A stretch of 56,251 nt of DNA, the filler included, from Fonticula-like sp. SCN 57-25 (Eukaryota): NCBI GenBank assembly GCA_001724245.1. It is 2 parts of 2 records of this genome, joined end to end, with 100 filler letters (N's around TTAATTAATTAA, not from the genome) between each part and the next. Parts side by side here need not be neighbours in the genome. Positions count along the whole stretch, not along the records: positions 28,225 to 56,251 come from MEDX01000053.1; 1 more part is not named here. One strand, written 5' to 3'. Positions 28,225 to 37,730 of this stretch are shown in pieces; position 1 is the first letter of the stretch; each line of letters begins with the position of its first letter. A program made the position numbers and the translations under genes. The notes under the pieces were generated by a model. It did no database searches, was not told where the DNA came from, and saw only the letters and a program-made list of their open reading frames with translations.

Positions 28225-29011
28225 CAGCGTTGCCCAACGCCATACCCCGAGACATCACCGTCTCCCAGCAGTCTCCCCAATCGACGAGCCCGTCAGCGTC
28301 CAGCCAAGGGGATAAGCCATCATCCATTCGGCATACGATGCTGCGACCATGTGCCGTGCGGTCGGCAATCTCTCCCGCCCAGTCACTCCAGCGACGAGCC
28401 CCCGCAACCTCAAGTTCAAGTTCGAGGTGGTCAACCATGTCTCCTCCCGCCGGCAGTTGGAAAACCAACTGCCGTTCGGCGACCAATTGGTCTTCGTTGG
28501 CGTCGGCAGCAACTTGGGGATAGGCGACAATCCACAAACGCTCTCGTAGATGAGGGGCTCCAAAGGCTCTTGCAGATATAACCTGCCACTCCGCATCGTA
28601 CCCGATCGAGGCAAGCGACTGGAGAACTCGATCAAGGCCCCGATAGGTGAGGGCTCGTACATTTTCGCAGACGACAATCTCCGGCCGCAACTCGTCGATA
28701 ACCCGGAGCATTTCGAAGAAGAGGCCGGACCGCTCTCCGTCGAGCCCTGCACCCTGTCCGGCACAGGATACGTCTTGGCACGGGAAGCCACCTGTGAGGA
28801 GCCAGGGGCCTTGGTGACGAGAGCGGAGGCTCTGGCCATCGATGCCCTCAATGCCTCCAAGGAGTCGAGATTTCGGAAAGTGTCGCTGATACACCCTATT
28901 TGCGTAGTCGTCGATTTCTGAATGGTAGGTGTTTTCAAACGTCCAACCGGCTTGTGATGCAGCAAGATGAAATCCTCCGATACCGCTGAAGAGGTCAAGA
29001 TACTGAAGCAT
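28225..29011 (-). CDS. DNA cytosine-C5 methyltransferase, alpha chain (3' end cut by contig edge)
   Basis: DLFSGIGG (I), GGFPCQDVS (IV), ENV (VI), PHLRERLWIVA (VIII), ALGNA (X). Confidence 0.95.
28255..28839 (-). CDS. Putative nested beta subunit of the split C5 methyltransferase (alternative frame)
   Basis: Open alternative frame inside the alpha gene with RLPRSGTMRSGRLY, LLPTP and AEWMMAYPLGWT (motif IX-like); ATG at 28839 preceded by GAGG. Start is tentative. Confidence 0.7.
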   Translation of the reverse strand: MARASALVTKAPGSSQVASRAKTYPVPDRVQGSTESGPASSSKCSGLSTSCGRRLSSAKMYEPSPIGALIEFSSRLPRSGTMRSGRLYLQEPLEPLIYESVCGLSPIPKLLPTPTKTNWSPNGSWFSNCRREETWLTTSNLNLRLRGLVAGVTGRERLPTARHMVAASYAEWMMAYPLGWTLTGSSIGETAGRR

Positions 29012-29065
29012 GCCCTAGCTATGCCGCCCGCTCGATTTCTCCAGGCGAGCCGCATAGATAAGGTC

Positions 29066-29482
29066 ATGAACAACATCCTCAAGACAATCGACAAGTCAAA
29101 GCTCCTCAAGCTCCTTGGCCAAGCGGGTGCGGTCGGTCTCGCCGGAGCCCTCGCCTATCTGATCCCTCACCTCACCGCCGACGTCGTCGGTCCGGTGCTG
29201 GCCGCCCCGATCGTGGTCGCCCTCGGCTTCGCCCTCACCGCCCTCAAGAAGCACCTCCCCGCCGACGTCGAGACGCCCGTCGTGGGCTCCCTGAAGGCCC
29301 AGTCCCTCAGGAATCTGGAGAGGATCGAGGCTCTCGACGTAGGGCTCCAGACGGGGAAGGTCGTCCAGGCCGTAGCGGACCACCTGGACCCTTCCTCGGA
29401 AGAGCCTCGGTGGATGACGGAGGAGGACTTCGAGGAGGAAATGCGGATGCTGGACGAGCGGACGGCGAAGGAGGGCAAGTGA
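29066..29482 (+). CDS. Two-TM membrane protein, possible holin
   Basis: Hydrophobic AGAVGLAGALAYLIPHL and VLAAPIVVALGFALTAL with a charged C-terminus; ATG 5 nt after ATAGATA. Confidence 0.55.
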   Translation: MNNILKTIDKSKLLKLLGQAGAVGLAGALAYLIPHLTADVVGPVLAAPIVVALGFALTALKKHLPADVETPVVGSLKAQSLRNLERIEALDVGLQTGKVVQAVADHLDPSSEEPRWMTEEDFEEEMRMLDERTAKEGK

Positions 29483-29658
29483 GGCTCCCAGCAACCGCCG
29501 ACCTATCGACGATCACCTCAGGCGTCCTGGCGTTGTCTATCCCACACCTGCCATCCACCTACGACGAATGGGCTGCGGCGGTGGCGATCGTCTCGGGCTT
29601 GGTGGGGATCGTGCTGCACGTCTGGCAATTTTTTCGGCCGTCGAAGGAGAAGTCGTGA
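29479..29658 (+). CDS. Small membrane protein (holin/antiholin-like)
   Basis: GTGA overlap with the upstream stop; TM segment WAAAVAIVSGLVGIVLHVWQFF with a basic tail. Confidence 0.55.
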   Translation: MRLPATADLSTITSGVLALSIPHLPSTYDEWAAAVAIVSGLVGIVLHVWQFFRPSKEKS

Positions 29659-29996
29659 GCGAGGAGCACTTCGACGACGAAGAGGTCTTCGAGACCCCTT
29701 GGAAGACCTCGAAGAAGGAAGTCACTCGATATTACGACGTCTTCACCAGAGACTCGAAGAGAGACAAGTTCTATCACTCCCGTCCGTGGCGGGACTTACG
29801 AGTGAGGAAGCTGAAGCTCAATCGGCTGTGCGAGGTCTGTGAGTCGGAGCTTCGACTCCAGGCCGCTAAGCACGTACATCACCTTGAGCCGATCGACACG
29901 GAGGAAGGATGGAGGCGTCGGCTCAAACTCGACAACCTCCAGTCGTTATGCGTCCCGTGCCACAACCGGATCAAGCGGGGAATCGGAAAAGGTTGA
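29655..29996 (+). CDS. HNH endonuclease, terminase-associated (HK97 gp74-like)
   Basis: FYHSRPWRDLR, LCEVC, VHHLEPI, NLQSLCVPCHN; directly upstream of terS. Confidence 0.92.
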   Translation: MSEEHFDDEEVFETPWKTSKKEVTRYYDVFTRDSKRDKFYHSRPWRDLRVRKLKLNRLCEVCESELRLQAAKHVHHLEPIDTEEGWRRRLKLDNLQSLCVPCHNRIKRGIGKG

Positions 29997-30100
29997 CCAG
30001 GGGGGCTAGGGGGTGCCCCTCGGGGTGAGACAGTTCACCGACCACAAAGTTCTTGTGTCATCTCGGAGCACTTTTAGGGCAAAAAGATATACCTACTAGC
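29997..30100. other. Probable cos/packaging region
   Basis: G-run-rich non-coding gap (GGGGGGCTAGGGGGTGCCCCTCGGGG) between HNH and terS, the usual cos location in HK97-like phages; the cut site itself cannot be determined. Confidence 0.5.
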
Positions 30101-30505
30101 ATGGCACGACCCGGACCTAAACCGAGAGCTAAGGCCGATTTCCTGAAGGGCCGACCCCAGCCCCCCGCCCACCTCTCCGAGGCCGAGATGGAAATCTTCC
30201 TGGAGGTGGTCGAAGAACTCGACAAGCAAGCCGTCTTGGCCGAGACCGACACGAAGTTGATCGCCCTCTACGCCAATACGGAGGCGATGGTGCGGCGTAT
30301 CGGCCGTGAGCTATCGACGGACACTCTGACCAACACGAGCGAGATACACAACAAGGTTTCGGGCAACCCGCTCCTCCCCCAATACTTCTCCGGGATCAAG
30401 CTCGCACAGCAACTCCTCTCGAAGCTCGGGCTCACGCCGACCTCCAGGCGTACCGCCCCCGGTGCCGCAGCCGCAGACCTGGCGGACAAGTGGAGGCTCC
30501 AGTGA
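30101..30505 (+). CDS. terS: Terminase small subunit (P27-like)
   Basis: MARPGPKP, PPAHLSEAE, D..LIALYAN, NPLL, KLGLTPTSR. Confidence 0.9.
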   Translation: MARPGPKPRAKADFLKGRPQPPAHLSEAEMEIFLEVVEELDKQAVLAETDTKLIALYANTEAMVRRIGRELSTDTLTNTSEIHNKVSGNPLLPQYFSGIKLAQQLLSKLGLTPTSRRTAPGAAAADLADKWRLQ

Positions 30506-32070
30506 GCCGCAAGAAGGAGGACGTCCGCCACAGGGGGCACAAGGTCTGCGACTGGATCGAGAGGTGCATCCCGCTCGTGGGCGACAAGCTCGGGCAGTCC
30601 ATCAAGTTGCCGACCTGGCAACGCCTCATATTCGAGACGATTTACGGCACCCTCGACGAGGAGGGTAAGCGGATCATCCAGACCGTGTATATCCAGCTTC
30701 CCCGCAAGGCGGCGAAGACCTTCATCGCAGCATTGTTCATACTGATCGCCCTAATCGCAGAGGGCAAGGGCGATCAGGAATGCTATTGCGGTTCGTGGAC
30801 GACGAAGAACTCGGCACGCATCTTCCGCTACCTCTTGACGATCATCAACAGCGATCCATATCTCAAGGCCAACTTCCGTGTGAACCACGGGCAGAAGGAG
30901 CTTGAGTGGCTGCCGACGGGCAACACCTTCAAGAGCCTCTCGGGCAATCCCGAGAACACGCACTCGATCGCCCCGTCGGTCATGGTCATCGATGAGTTGT
31001 GGATGTTCAGGGGCGAGAAGGGGCGAGCCCTCTACGAAGGTCTCACGTCGGGCGATTCGGGGCGAGAAGAGCCGCTCACGGTGATCATCACGACGGCCGG
31101 CACCAACAAGCAATCCGTCTGCCACGAAGAATACCAGTACGCCAAGAAGGTGCAGGCGAAGCCGTCCGAAGATCCGAGTTACCTGCCCATCATCTATGAG
31201 ATGGGCGAAGAGGACGACCCCTTCGATGAAGCTAACTGGTACAAGGCCCAACCAGCCCTGTACAACCCGGAGACCGGCGAAGGGTACGTGAGCCTGGACA
31301 AGTATCGCAAGGTCGCCGAGAGGGCGAAGACCAATCCACGCATCAAGAACTCCTTCCTCCAGCTTTACCTAAACAGGTGGGTGGAGAGTTCCTTCGGCTG
31401 GATACCCTCGGAAAGCTGGGACGCCTGCAAGACGAAGTTCTCGCTCGACGACCTGAATGGGAAGAAGGCGTACGGCGGCTTCGACTTCGGCCTCACCCGT
31501 GACCTGGCGGCGTTGACCCTCATCTTTCCGATGCCGAACGGCAAGTTTCGTGTCCTCAAGTGGGCGTGGGTCGCCAAGGGGACCGTGAACGAGCGGATCG
31601 AGAATCAGGACCGAAGGTACGCCCAGTGGTTTGAGAATGGCTTGATCCGAGTCACCGAAGGAGAGGGAACCGACCACGAGACGATCGAGCGCCAGGTGAT
31701 CGAGATATGCAAGCAATTCGACGTCAAGTTTATATGTGCCGACCCGATGGCGTGCGGCGAGACCCTGAAGAATTGGAGGAAGGCGAAGCTCCAGACCTTC
31801 GAGTGGAGGCAGAGCAACATCCAGGCGACATCTCAGGCGGCGAAGCGGATCGAATCATTGATCTTGAACAAGAAGCTGGAGCACAACGGCGATGAGGTGC
31901 TGAAGTGGTGCGTGACCAACGCCACGGCAAAGACCGATATTTACGACAACTTGAAGATCGACAAGCAGTGTCCCGAAGGCCGGATCGACCCGTTGATGGC
32001 CATGGTCTTCGCCATGGGCGGACACCTCGGTGCAAAGAAGGTCGTGAAGCCCGGAATGATGAAGTTGTGA
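30502..32070 (+). CDS. terL: Terminase large subunit
   Basis: LPTWQ, Walker A-like PRKAAKT, Walker B VMVIDEL, IITTAG, nuclease GGFDFG..DLAAL and RIDPLMA. Confidence 0.96.
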   Translation: MSRKKEDVRHRGHKVCDWIERCIPLVGDKLGQSIKLPTWQRLIFETIYGTLDEEGKRIIQTVYIQLPRKAAKTFIAALFILIALIAEGKGDQECYCGSWTTKNSARIFRYLLTIINSDPYLKANFRVNHGQKELEWLPTGNTFKSLSGNPENTHSIAPSVMVIDELWMFRGEKGRALYEGLTSGDSGREEPLTVIITTAGTNKQSVCHEEYQYAKKVQAKPSEDPSYLPIIYEMGEEDDPFDEANWYKAQPALYNPETGEGYVSLDKYRKVAERAKTNPRIKNSFLQLYLNRWVESSFGWIPSESWDACKTKFSLDDLNGKKAYGGFDFGLTRDLAALTLIFPMPNGKFRVLKWAWVAKGTVNERIENQDRRYAQWFENGLIRVTEGEGTDHETIERQVIEICKQFDVKFICADPMACGETLKNWRKAKLQTFEWRQSNIQATSQAAKRIESLILNKKLEHNGDEVLKWCVTNATAKTDIYDNLKIDKQCPEGRIDPLMAMVFAMGGHLGAKKVVKPGMMKL

Positions 32071-33621
32071 GTGCAGGCCCCTATATACGGCATGCCAAAT
32101 CTGCCGAAGAAGAAACTGAAGGGGACCATCGATCGGCAACCGATCAAGACCCGCACATTCACAAGGGTGTTGAGCACCGAGGCCCTCTTCCCTCGTGTCA
32201 ACGGGCGGGCGAAGAATCTGCCCGCCGACAACTACTTGAACCATCACGCCGTCCAGGCGATCGTGAGCGACTTCGCCCAAACAATCGCCGCTCTGGACGC
32301 TTACGTATTTGAAGAGCGGGACGGCGTCAAGGTGCGGATCGACGACCACCCGGCCACGAAGACACTGGCCAACCCCTCGGCGAGGATGCCGGGCTTCGAC
32401 CAGCGTGGGGCGAGCGTCGTCGATTATTTCATCGAGGGAGAGGCGTTCCTCGAAGTGATCCCGACGGCCGACCCGACGCTCTCCAGAAGGAAGTATCCGT
32501 ACCTCGAAATCCCGCAGCGTGGTTCGGTGAAGCCGACGGTCAAGGATGGTCTCGTGACCTACACGACCACCAGGGGCGAGATCGGCCCCGAGGGCATCGT
32601 TCATGTGAAGATGCCCTCGGTGGACGGCGGTACGAGCGGCTCCAGCCTGTTCACCTCTTGCCGTCAGGCCCTCGATCTAGCGATGGCTGCGGAGGCATAC
32701 GCCACCGACATCCTCGAAAAGGGAGGCATCCCGGCGGGGTTCTTGGTCTCCAGCGAGGAGGTTGACGCCAAGCAGGCTCGCAGCATCAGGAAGACTTGGA
32801 AGAAGCTGCACGCCGGCCCCAACAACCGGGGCGAGATCGGCCTCTTGTGGGGCAGTCTCCGCTTCGAAAAGACTGGATTGACGCCCGACGAAGTGCAACT
32901 CAACGCAACCCAGGAATACGCCATCCGGTCTATCGCCCGGATCTTCCGATATCCGGCGAGCTACCTCCTTGGCACCCCACCCACCGAAGAAGATCGGGTG
33001 CAGTTCTTCCGAACGGTCCGTTCCCACCTGGAGCCGTTCGAGGCGGCGTACACCTTCACCCTATTGTCCGACGAGGACAAGGCGAAGGGCAGGTACATCG
33101 AGTTCGACACGTCGAGCTTGAACCGGATCTCGCCGGCCCAGATCGCCGCTATCACGCCGCTACTGGACTACGGCCTCTTCACCGTGAACGAGACCCGCAA
33201 TATGTTCGGCTACCCGCCGACGGCCGGCGGCGACGTCCGTCCCGTGGCAGTCAACAATATCAGGTATGTGGATGCGAGTGTGCCGCTTGATAGCGGTGTG
33301 ACCGAGCCCGCACCCATGGCACTCCCGGCCCCGGCCACCGAGCCGGCCCCGACTAACGAGCCCTCGAAGACCGACGCCCAGCGTGCCGCCATCGAGGACG
33401 TAGTCGGTCGGCTGCTGCGACGTGCCCGGAAGAACGTGGCCAAGGCAGGCGAGGACGTGGAGGCCATCGAGGCGAAGGAGATGGCGTTCGTCAGGACGAC
33501 GGCCGAAGTCTACTGCCCTGCCTTCGGCCTTGAGGTCGAAGCCTTCGTGGCGGTCATGAAGGAGGAAGTCTTCACGAATACGGCTATCGAGGAAGTGGTC
33601 AATCTCATGGAGGTGAAGTAA
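32071..33621 (+). CDS. Portal protein (HK97 family)
   Basis: Follows terL; HPATKTLANP, GEAFL, GIVHVK, GGIPAGFL, IARIFRYP, FTVNETRNMFGYPP..GGD. Confidence 0.93.
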   Translation: MQAPIYGMPNLPKKKLKGTIDRQPIKTRTFTRVLSTEALFPRVNGRAKNLPADNYLNHHAVQAIVSDFAQTIAALDAYVFEERDGVKVRIDDHPATKTLANPSARMPGFDQRGASVVDYFIEGEAFLEVIPTADPTLSRRKYPYLEIPQRGSVKPTVKDGLVTYTTTRGEIGPEGIVHVKMPSVDGGTSGSSLFTSCRQALDLAMAAEAYATDILEKGGIPAGFLVSSEEVDAKQARSIRKTWKKLHAGPNNRGEIGLLWGSLRFEKTGLTPDEVQLNATQEYAIRSIARIFRYPASYLLGTPPTEEDRVQFFRTVRSHLEPFEAAYTFTLLSDEDKAKGRYIEFDTSSLNRISPAQIAAITPLLDYGLFTVNETRNMFGYPPTAGGDVRPVAVNNIRYVDASVPLDSGVTEPAPMALPAPATEPAPTNEPSKTDAQRAAIEDVVGRLLRRARKNVAKAGEDVEAIEAKEMAFVRTTAEVYCPAFGLEVEAFVAVMKEEVFTNTAIEEVVNLMEVK

Positions 33622-34241
33622 TGGCGATTCAGCATAAGTCCTTGAGCAAGATCCAGGCCCAGAACCTCGAAGGCCGCACCTGGATTCACGGCGTCGGCTG
33701 TGTGTATGGCGATAAGTCCCTACCTATGGACGACCAGGGCACAAGATTCATCTTCAAGCCGGGGTGCTTCTCATCTTGGCTCGGCCAGGACGGTCACGAC
33801 GTCCGCATCCTCAAGCATCACAACGAAGAATACATTCTCGCCCGGCAACGCAACGGCACCGTGATCGTGGAAGACACCTCAGCCCAATTGAATCTCCGTT
33901 TCGCACTGGACTCGACCAACGAAGGGAAGGACACGGAGATCCAGGTGAGGGACGGCTTGCTCACGGAGATGTCGGTGGGGTTCATCCTCTTGGAGGCCGA
34001 GGAGATCGAGCCTAACGTCTGGCTCGTGACTGAGGCGTACCTCGATGAAGTTTCAATCGTAACCGTGCCGGCCATGCCCAACACGAACGTATGGATCGAG
34101 GAGAAGAGGAACCAGGCCCGACGATCCGCAGCCGCATTCGCACGGGCGAAATTCGAGAGCGTGTGCATAGATAATCGAAAGCTCAAGTGTGCAGTCATCC
34201 TAAGATCGACGGGCCGCTCGAACCAGTCCTCCAAGTCCTAA
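33621..34241 (+). CDS. Prohead protease (HK97 family)
   Basis: FKPGCFS, VRILKHHN, EMSVGF, LDEVSIVTVPAMPNT. Confidence 0.92.
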   Translation: MAIQHKSLSKIQAQNLEGRTWIHGVGCVYGDKSLPMDDQGTRFIFKPGCFSSWLGQDGHDVRILKHHNEEYILARQRNGTVIVEDTSAQLNLRFALDSTNEGKDTEIQVRDGLLTEMSVGFILLEAEEIEPNVWLVTEAYLDEVSIVTVPAMPNTNVWIEEKRNQARRSAAAFARAKFESVCIDNRKLKCAVILRSTGRSNQSSKS

Positions 34242-34286
34242 GACCTATGGCGGGCGATCACCAAACCGACTAAATCCCATAAATGG

Positions 34287-35609
34287 ATGGACAAACAAAT
34301 GACGGAAGAAGAGAAGCAGGCCCTCATCGCTGAGGCCGAGCAGATCGCAGCCCTTGGGGACCAGGCCAGCCCGGAGCAGATCGCCCGCCTGGACGAGATC
34401 ACCAAGGCCCTCGAAGAGGACAACGCCAAGGCCGCCGAGGTCGTCGCCGAACTCCAGAAGGCCGGCAGCATCGAGAAGTTCGCACGAGCCAAGGAGGCCA
34501 TGGTGAGTCTGAAGACCGAGACCGAGAAGTTCGCAAGCCGCCCGGCCCCTCGCAAGACCGAGGCCCCGGCCGTCCACACGAAGAAGTGGAAGTACGACCT
34601 CAAGCGGGCTTTCCAGGGGATCGCCAAGGAGAGGACCCTTGACGGCATGGAGGGCGAGTGGAGCCAGGAGCGCCGCAAGCAGTTCAGCGGTATCCGTAGC
34701 GTGGTCGGCGAGCTTGTCCCCACCCGTGCCTTCGCCAACTACGGCAAGGTGGAATTCGATTGGGTGACTGGCGACACGCCGACCTTGCTGGAGCCGCAGC
34801 ACGATGGCCGCTACGGCGACGTTCAGCGTGATTACGACCCCCTGAGGGACATGGGCGTCACGATCCACACCGGCAAGACGCACGCCTTCAGCAGCGGCGT
34901 CTATACGGCCGACCCGGAGCTTCATTTCCCGGGCGAAAACCAGACCGCCCCGGCGACCAAGCCCGAATATCGCAAGTACGACTTCAAGCCGCATACTGGC
35001 CAGGCCCGTGTAGCCGTCAGCCACGACGCCCTGTACAGCAACGAGAATGTCGATGAACAGCTTCGTCGGGCTCTTGATCCGTCCGTGCGTGTCGGTGCCG
35101 CCAAGATCGCCATCAGCGGCGACGGCGTGACCGAGCCTTATGGCCTGTTGACCGACCCGGACAACGCATCGAGGATTATCACCTCGATCACGTCCGTATC
35201 ACGGGCGAACCTCAAGAAGATGCAATATGCGGTCCGCAAGGGCAATTTTATCACCAACAAGTTCTCGTGGCTGGGCAATTACGACGTGTCGAGCAAGCTC
35301 GATAGCACGCCTGAGGAGAGCGGCTTCCCGAAGTATATCCTGGGCGACGACGGCAAGGTGTACGGTGATCCGTTCTACGGGACCAACATCGTGCCGAACA
35401 TGGGCTCTCCGGCCACCGGCGTGCTCGTGTACGGTGCCTTCGAGTTCCTGGAGGTCGCCTTCTTCGGCCCGGCCGACGCCGTCGAACTGATCGTGGACCG
35501 CAACACCCTGTCGAGCAAGGGCATGGTCCAGTACACGGCCCTCGTGTCGCTCGACGTCAATACGGCTCGCCCTGAGGCGTTCAGCGTGGCCAGCAAGATC
35601 GCAATCTAA
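34287..35609 (+). CDS. Major capsid protein (HK97 fold with N-terminal delta domain)
   Basis: Coiled-coil N-terminus, GENQTAP, ISGDGVTEPYGLL, C-terminal ARPEAF; follows the protease and precedes a strong hairpin. Confidence 0.92.
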   Translation: MDKQMTEEEKQALIAEAEQIAALGDQASPEQIARLDEITKALEEDNAKAAEVVAELQKAGSIEKFARAKEAMVSLKTETEKFASRPAPRKTEAPAVHTKKWKYDLKRAFQGIAKERTLDGMEGEWSQERRKQFSGIRSVVGELVPTRAFANYGKVEFDWVTGDTPTLLEPQHDGRYGDVQRDYDPLRDMGVTIHTGKTHAFSSGVYTADPELHFPGENQTAPATKPEYRKYDFKPHTGQARVAVSHDALYSNENVDEQLRRALDPSVRVGAAKIAISGDGVTEPYGLLTDPDNASRIITSITSVSRANLKKMQYAVRKGNFITNKFSWLGNYDVSSKLDSTPEESGFPKYILGDDGKVYGDPFYGTNIVPNMGSPATGVLVYGAFEFLEVAFFGPADAVELIVDRNTLSSKGMVQYTALVSLDVNTARPEAFSVASKIAI

Positions 35610-35631
35610 CCCATTGGTTAAGCCGATCACG

Positions 35632-35664
35632 AAAAGGGCCTGTCAGAGATGACAGGCCCTTTTT
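35632..35664 (+). terminator. Rho-independent terminator after the capsid gene
   Basis: AAAAGGGCCTGTCA-GAGA-TGACAGGCCCTTTTT perfect stem with T tract. Confidence 0.9.
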
Positions 35665-35688
35665 CGTTTCCAGAGCATAGATAACATC

Positions 35689-35922
35689 ATGAACACCAAA
35701 TACATCACCAGCGTGAAGCTGGTATCGAACTGCATCTACAAGATGAACGGCGAACTCGTGGAGGGTAAGCCGGGCGAGATCCTCGAAGCCTTCCCGAAGC
35801 CTGTCGCTCTCAAGATGGTCCGCAACGGCGTGGCCGTCCTGACCAACGGCAAGGGACCGAAGCCGAAGAAGAAGGCCGAAGTGGAGGTCGTGGAAGTCGA
35901 TGGCGAGACCGAGGAAGTCTGA
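35689..35922 (+). CDS. Small head-module protein
   Basis: 77 aa directly after the capsid gene; VKL..GEILE.FP..VA.KMV.NGVAV pattern with Lys/Glu-rich tail; ATG 5 nt after ATAGATA. Confidence 0.75.
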   Translation: MNTKYITSVKLVSNCIYKMNGELVEGKPGEILEAFPKPVALKMVRNGVAVLTNGKGPKPKKKAEVEVVEVDGETEEV

Positions 35923-36832
35923 TCAATACTGGAGCGGTGGGATAGGCGATTGCCTGGTCCTGGAGTCGCATTGGGAGACGCCTCCACGGGCCATCTATTG
36001 GAGGTGTCGAGCCCGGCCGGATCTTCAAAAACCCCTCTTTGAAGTCGCCTACCCGAAGGTGCGGCACGTCAACCTCCTCTCCCACCTGACCGAGGATGAG
36101 GAGCGTATGGCGGCCCTGAACGGCTGGGACGACGGCGGGGAGCACACCCCCGAAGGCGTCGAAGACTGGACGGTTCACACGAAGTTCCCCGAGTTCAAGA
36201 AGAACCCAGGTTCCTTCCGTCGCTCCAGGTTCCTCGAAGTCAAGCTCGCCGACATCAAGAAGTTCAACCTCCCCGAGCGGTACTTCGTGTGTCAGCACGA
36301 CACCCCATATAACGGCCAGTCGATGCGACAGCATAGACAGATAGCAGGCCCGGAATGGGAGGTCGTGCGTCGGCAGGCGTGCGGGCTCCCGGTCGTCGTC
36401 GTCGGCTCGAAGGGCTCGATCCCGTGTCCCGACTGGTGCCTCGACCTCGTGGGAGAGACCAGCCTCGCCGAGAGTGTCGAGATCCTGAAGGGGGCGGTCG
36501 GCTATATCGGGATCGACTCGGCGCTCAGCATCCTGGCAGCCCAACTCTTCGAGGCCGACAAGCTGGCCATCAAGTGGCACGGCCCGTGGCTCTGGCAGAA
36601 TCGCAGCGTGTACTACGCCCCGCACAAGTCCTTCGAGTTCCTGCACAAGCAGTTCAAGGCGTCGGCCGTGCCGCAGCTACCGAAGACGGTGAAGGTATTG
36701 AAGCCGCTCGTGTACAGGCTCGACATGATCGAAGCGGGCGTCGTCCTGGAGGACGTGCCGCACAAGTTGGCGTCGGACTGGATAGATAGGGATATGGCCA
36801 TGCTTACCGACAAACCCGAGGTATCAAGTTGA
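35900..36832 (+). CDS. GT9-like (GT-B) glycosyltransferase with extra C-terminal domain
   Basis: N-terminal GGIGDCL and DLVGETSLAESVEILKGAVGYIGIDSALSILAA match GT9 heptosyltransferase-family motifs. Confidence 0.8.
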   Translation: MARPRKSDQYWSGGIGDCLVLESHWETPPRAIYWRCRARPDLQKPLFEVAYPKVRHVNLLSHLTEDEERMAALNGWDDGGEHTPEGVEDWTVHTKFPEFKKNPGSFRRSRFLEVKLADIKKFNLPERYFVCQHDTPYNGQSMRQHRQIAGPEWEVVRRQACGLPVVVVGSKGSIPCPDWCLDLVGETSLAESVEILKGAVGYIGIDSALSILAAQLFEADKLAIKWHGPWLWQNRSVYYAPHKSFEFLHKQFKASAVPQLPKTVKVLKPLVYRLDMIEAGVVLEDVPHKLASDWIDRDMAMLTDKPEVSS

Positions 36833-37404
36833 TCGAGTTCGCAGTCGTTGAAACCCCCGAGGTTGAACCCGTTGACCTCCAGTACGCCCGCAAGTGGTTG
36901 AAGCTCCTCAACGACCTGGAGGACGATCTCCTCACGGATGGTCTGATCGCCGGACGTGAGTACGTCGAGACCTACTTGGAGCGGAAGCTCTTGAACACGA
37001 CGCTCGACATCGTCCTCGACGAATGGGACGACTTCGACGGGATCGTCGATCTACCCTTGGGCGGTATCTCCGAGGTCCAGGAAGTGGCCTACAAGGCCGA
37101 GGACGGCACTGAGACCGTATGGCCGTCCGACGCCTGGAGTTCGCTCTCAGGCTCTCCAGGGAGGTTTTGGAGCTTGTCGGGCGAATACCCGGAGATCGGG
37201 GCGAAGGCGGGCGGGCTGCGTGTCAGGGTGGTGTCTGGCTACGGCTCGACGGCCGACAAGGTCCCCACCAAGATCCGCCAGGCCATCACCTACTTCGCCG
37301 CTCACCAGTTCTCCACCCGTCTCCCGATCGCCTTCGGCACGCCGCAGGAAATCCAGATGACCATCCATGACCTGTTGAGGCAAGAGAAGTGGAGGCACCT
37401 GTAA
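36829..37404 (+). CDS. Head-tail connector (gp6/gp15-like adaptor)
   Basis: PEVEPVDLQYARKWLK..EDDLL...AGREYVE, VVSGYG..VPTKIRQAI; TTGA overlap. Confidence 0.9.
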   Translation: MIEFAVVETPEVEPVDLQYARKWLKLLNDLEDDLLTDGLIAGREYVETYLERKLLNTTLDIVLDEWDDFDGIVDLPLGGISEVQEVAYKAEDGTETVWPSDAWSSLSGSPGRFWSLSGEYPEIGAKAGGLRVRVVSGYGSTADKVPTKIRQAITYFAAHQFSTRLPIAFGTPQEIQMTIHDLLRQEKWRHL

Positions 37405-37730
37405 TGGCGGCACGAATCGAGCAACTCACCGAGCGGGTGAGGATCATGACGAACACCTCGCCCACCAAGCCGAACGGCTGGAAGCCCTCGGATACCTGGA
37501 CTCTCTTCCTGGAGACATGGGCACGAGTCGAATACAAGGCCGGTCAAGAGGTCGTGGCCGCCAATCAGGTGCAGGCGACCCGTACCCATCTCGTGACGAC
37601 CCGCTACTTCGAGGGGCTCAAAGCCTCCGACAAGATCGAGTGGGGATCGAGGACACTGGACATCGTCAACTACGGCGACCCGGACGGCTCCCGCACCTGG
37701 CTTGAGATCAACTGCACCGAGGCCAACTGA
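37404..37730 (+). CDS. Head closure protein (SPP1 gp16-like)
   Basis: LTERVRI, TWARVE..GQE, TTRYFEGL...DKI.W..RTLDI, LEINCTE. Confidence 0.88.
   Translation: MAARIEQLTERVRIMTNTSPTKPNGWKPSDTWTLFLETWARVEYKAGQEVVAANQVQATRTHLVTTRYFEGLKASDKIEWGSRTLDIVNYGDPDGSRTWLEINCTEAN

Noticed and set aside
30700-30725. Inactive terminase because Walker A reads PRKAAKT rather than PRKNGKT
   Set aside because: The Lys-Thr pair, Walker B and nuclease aspartates are intact; likely tolerated variation.
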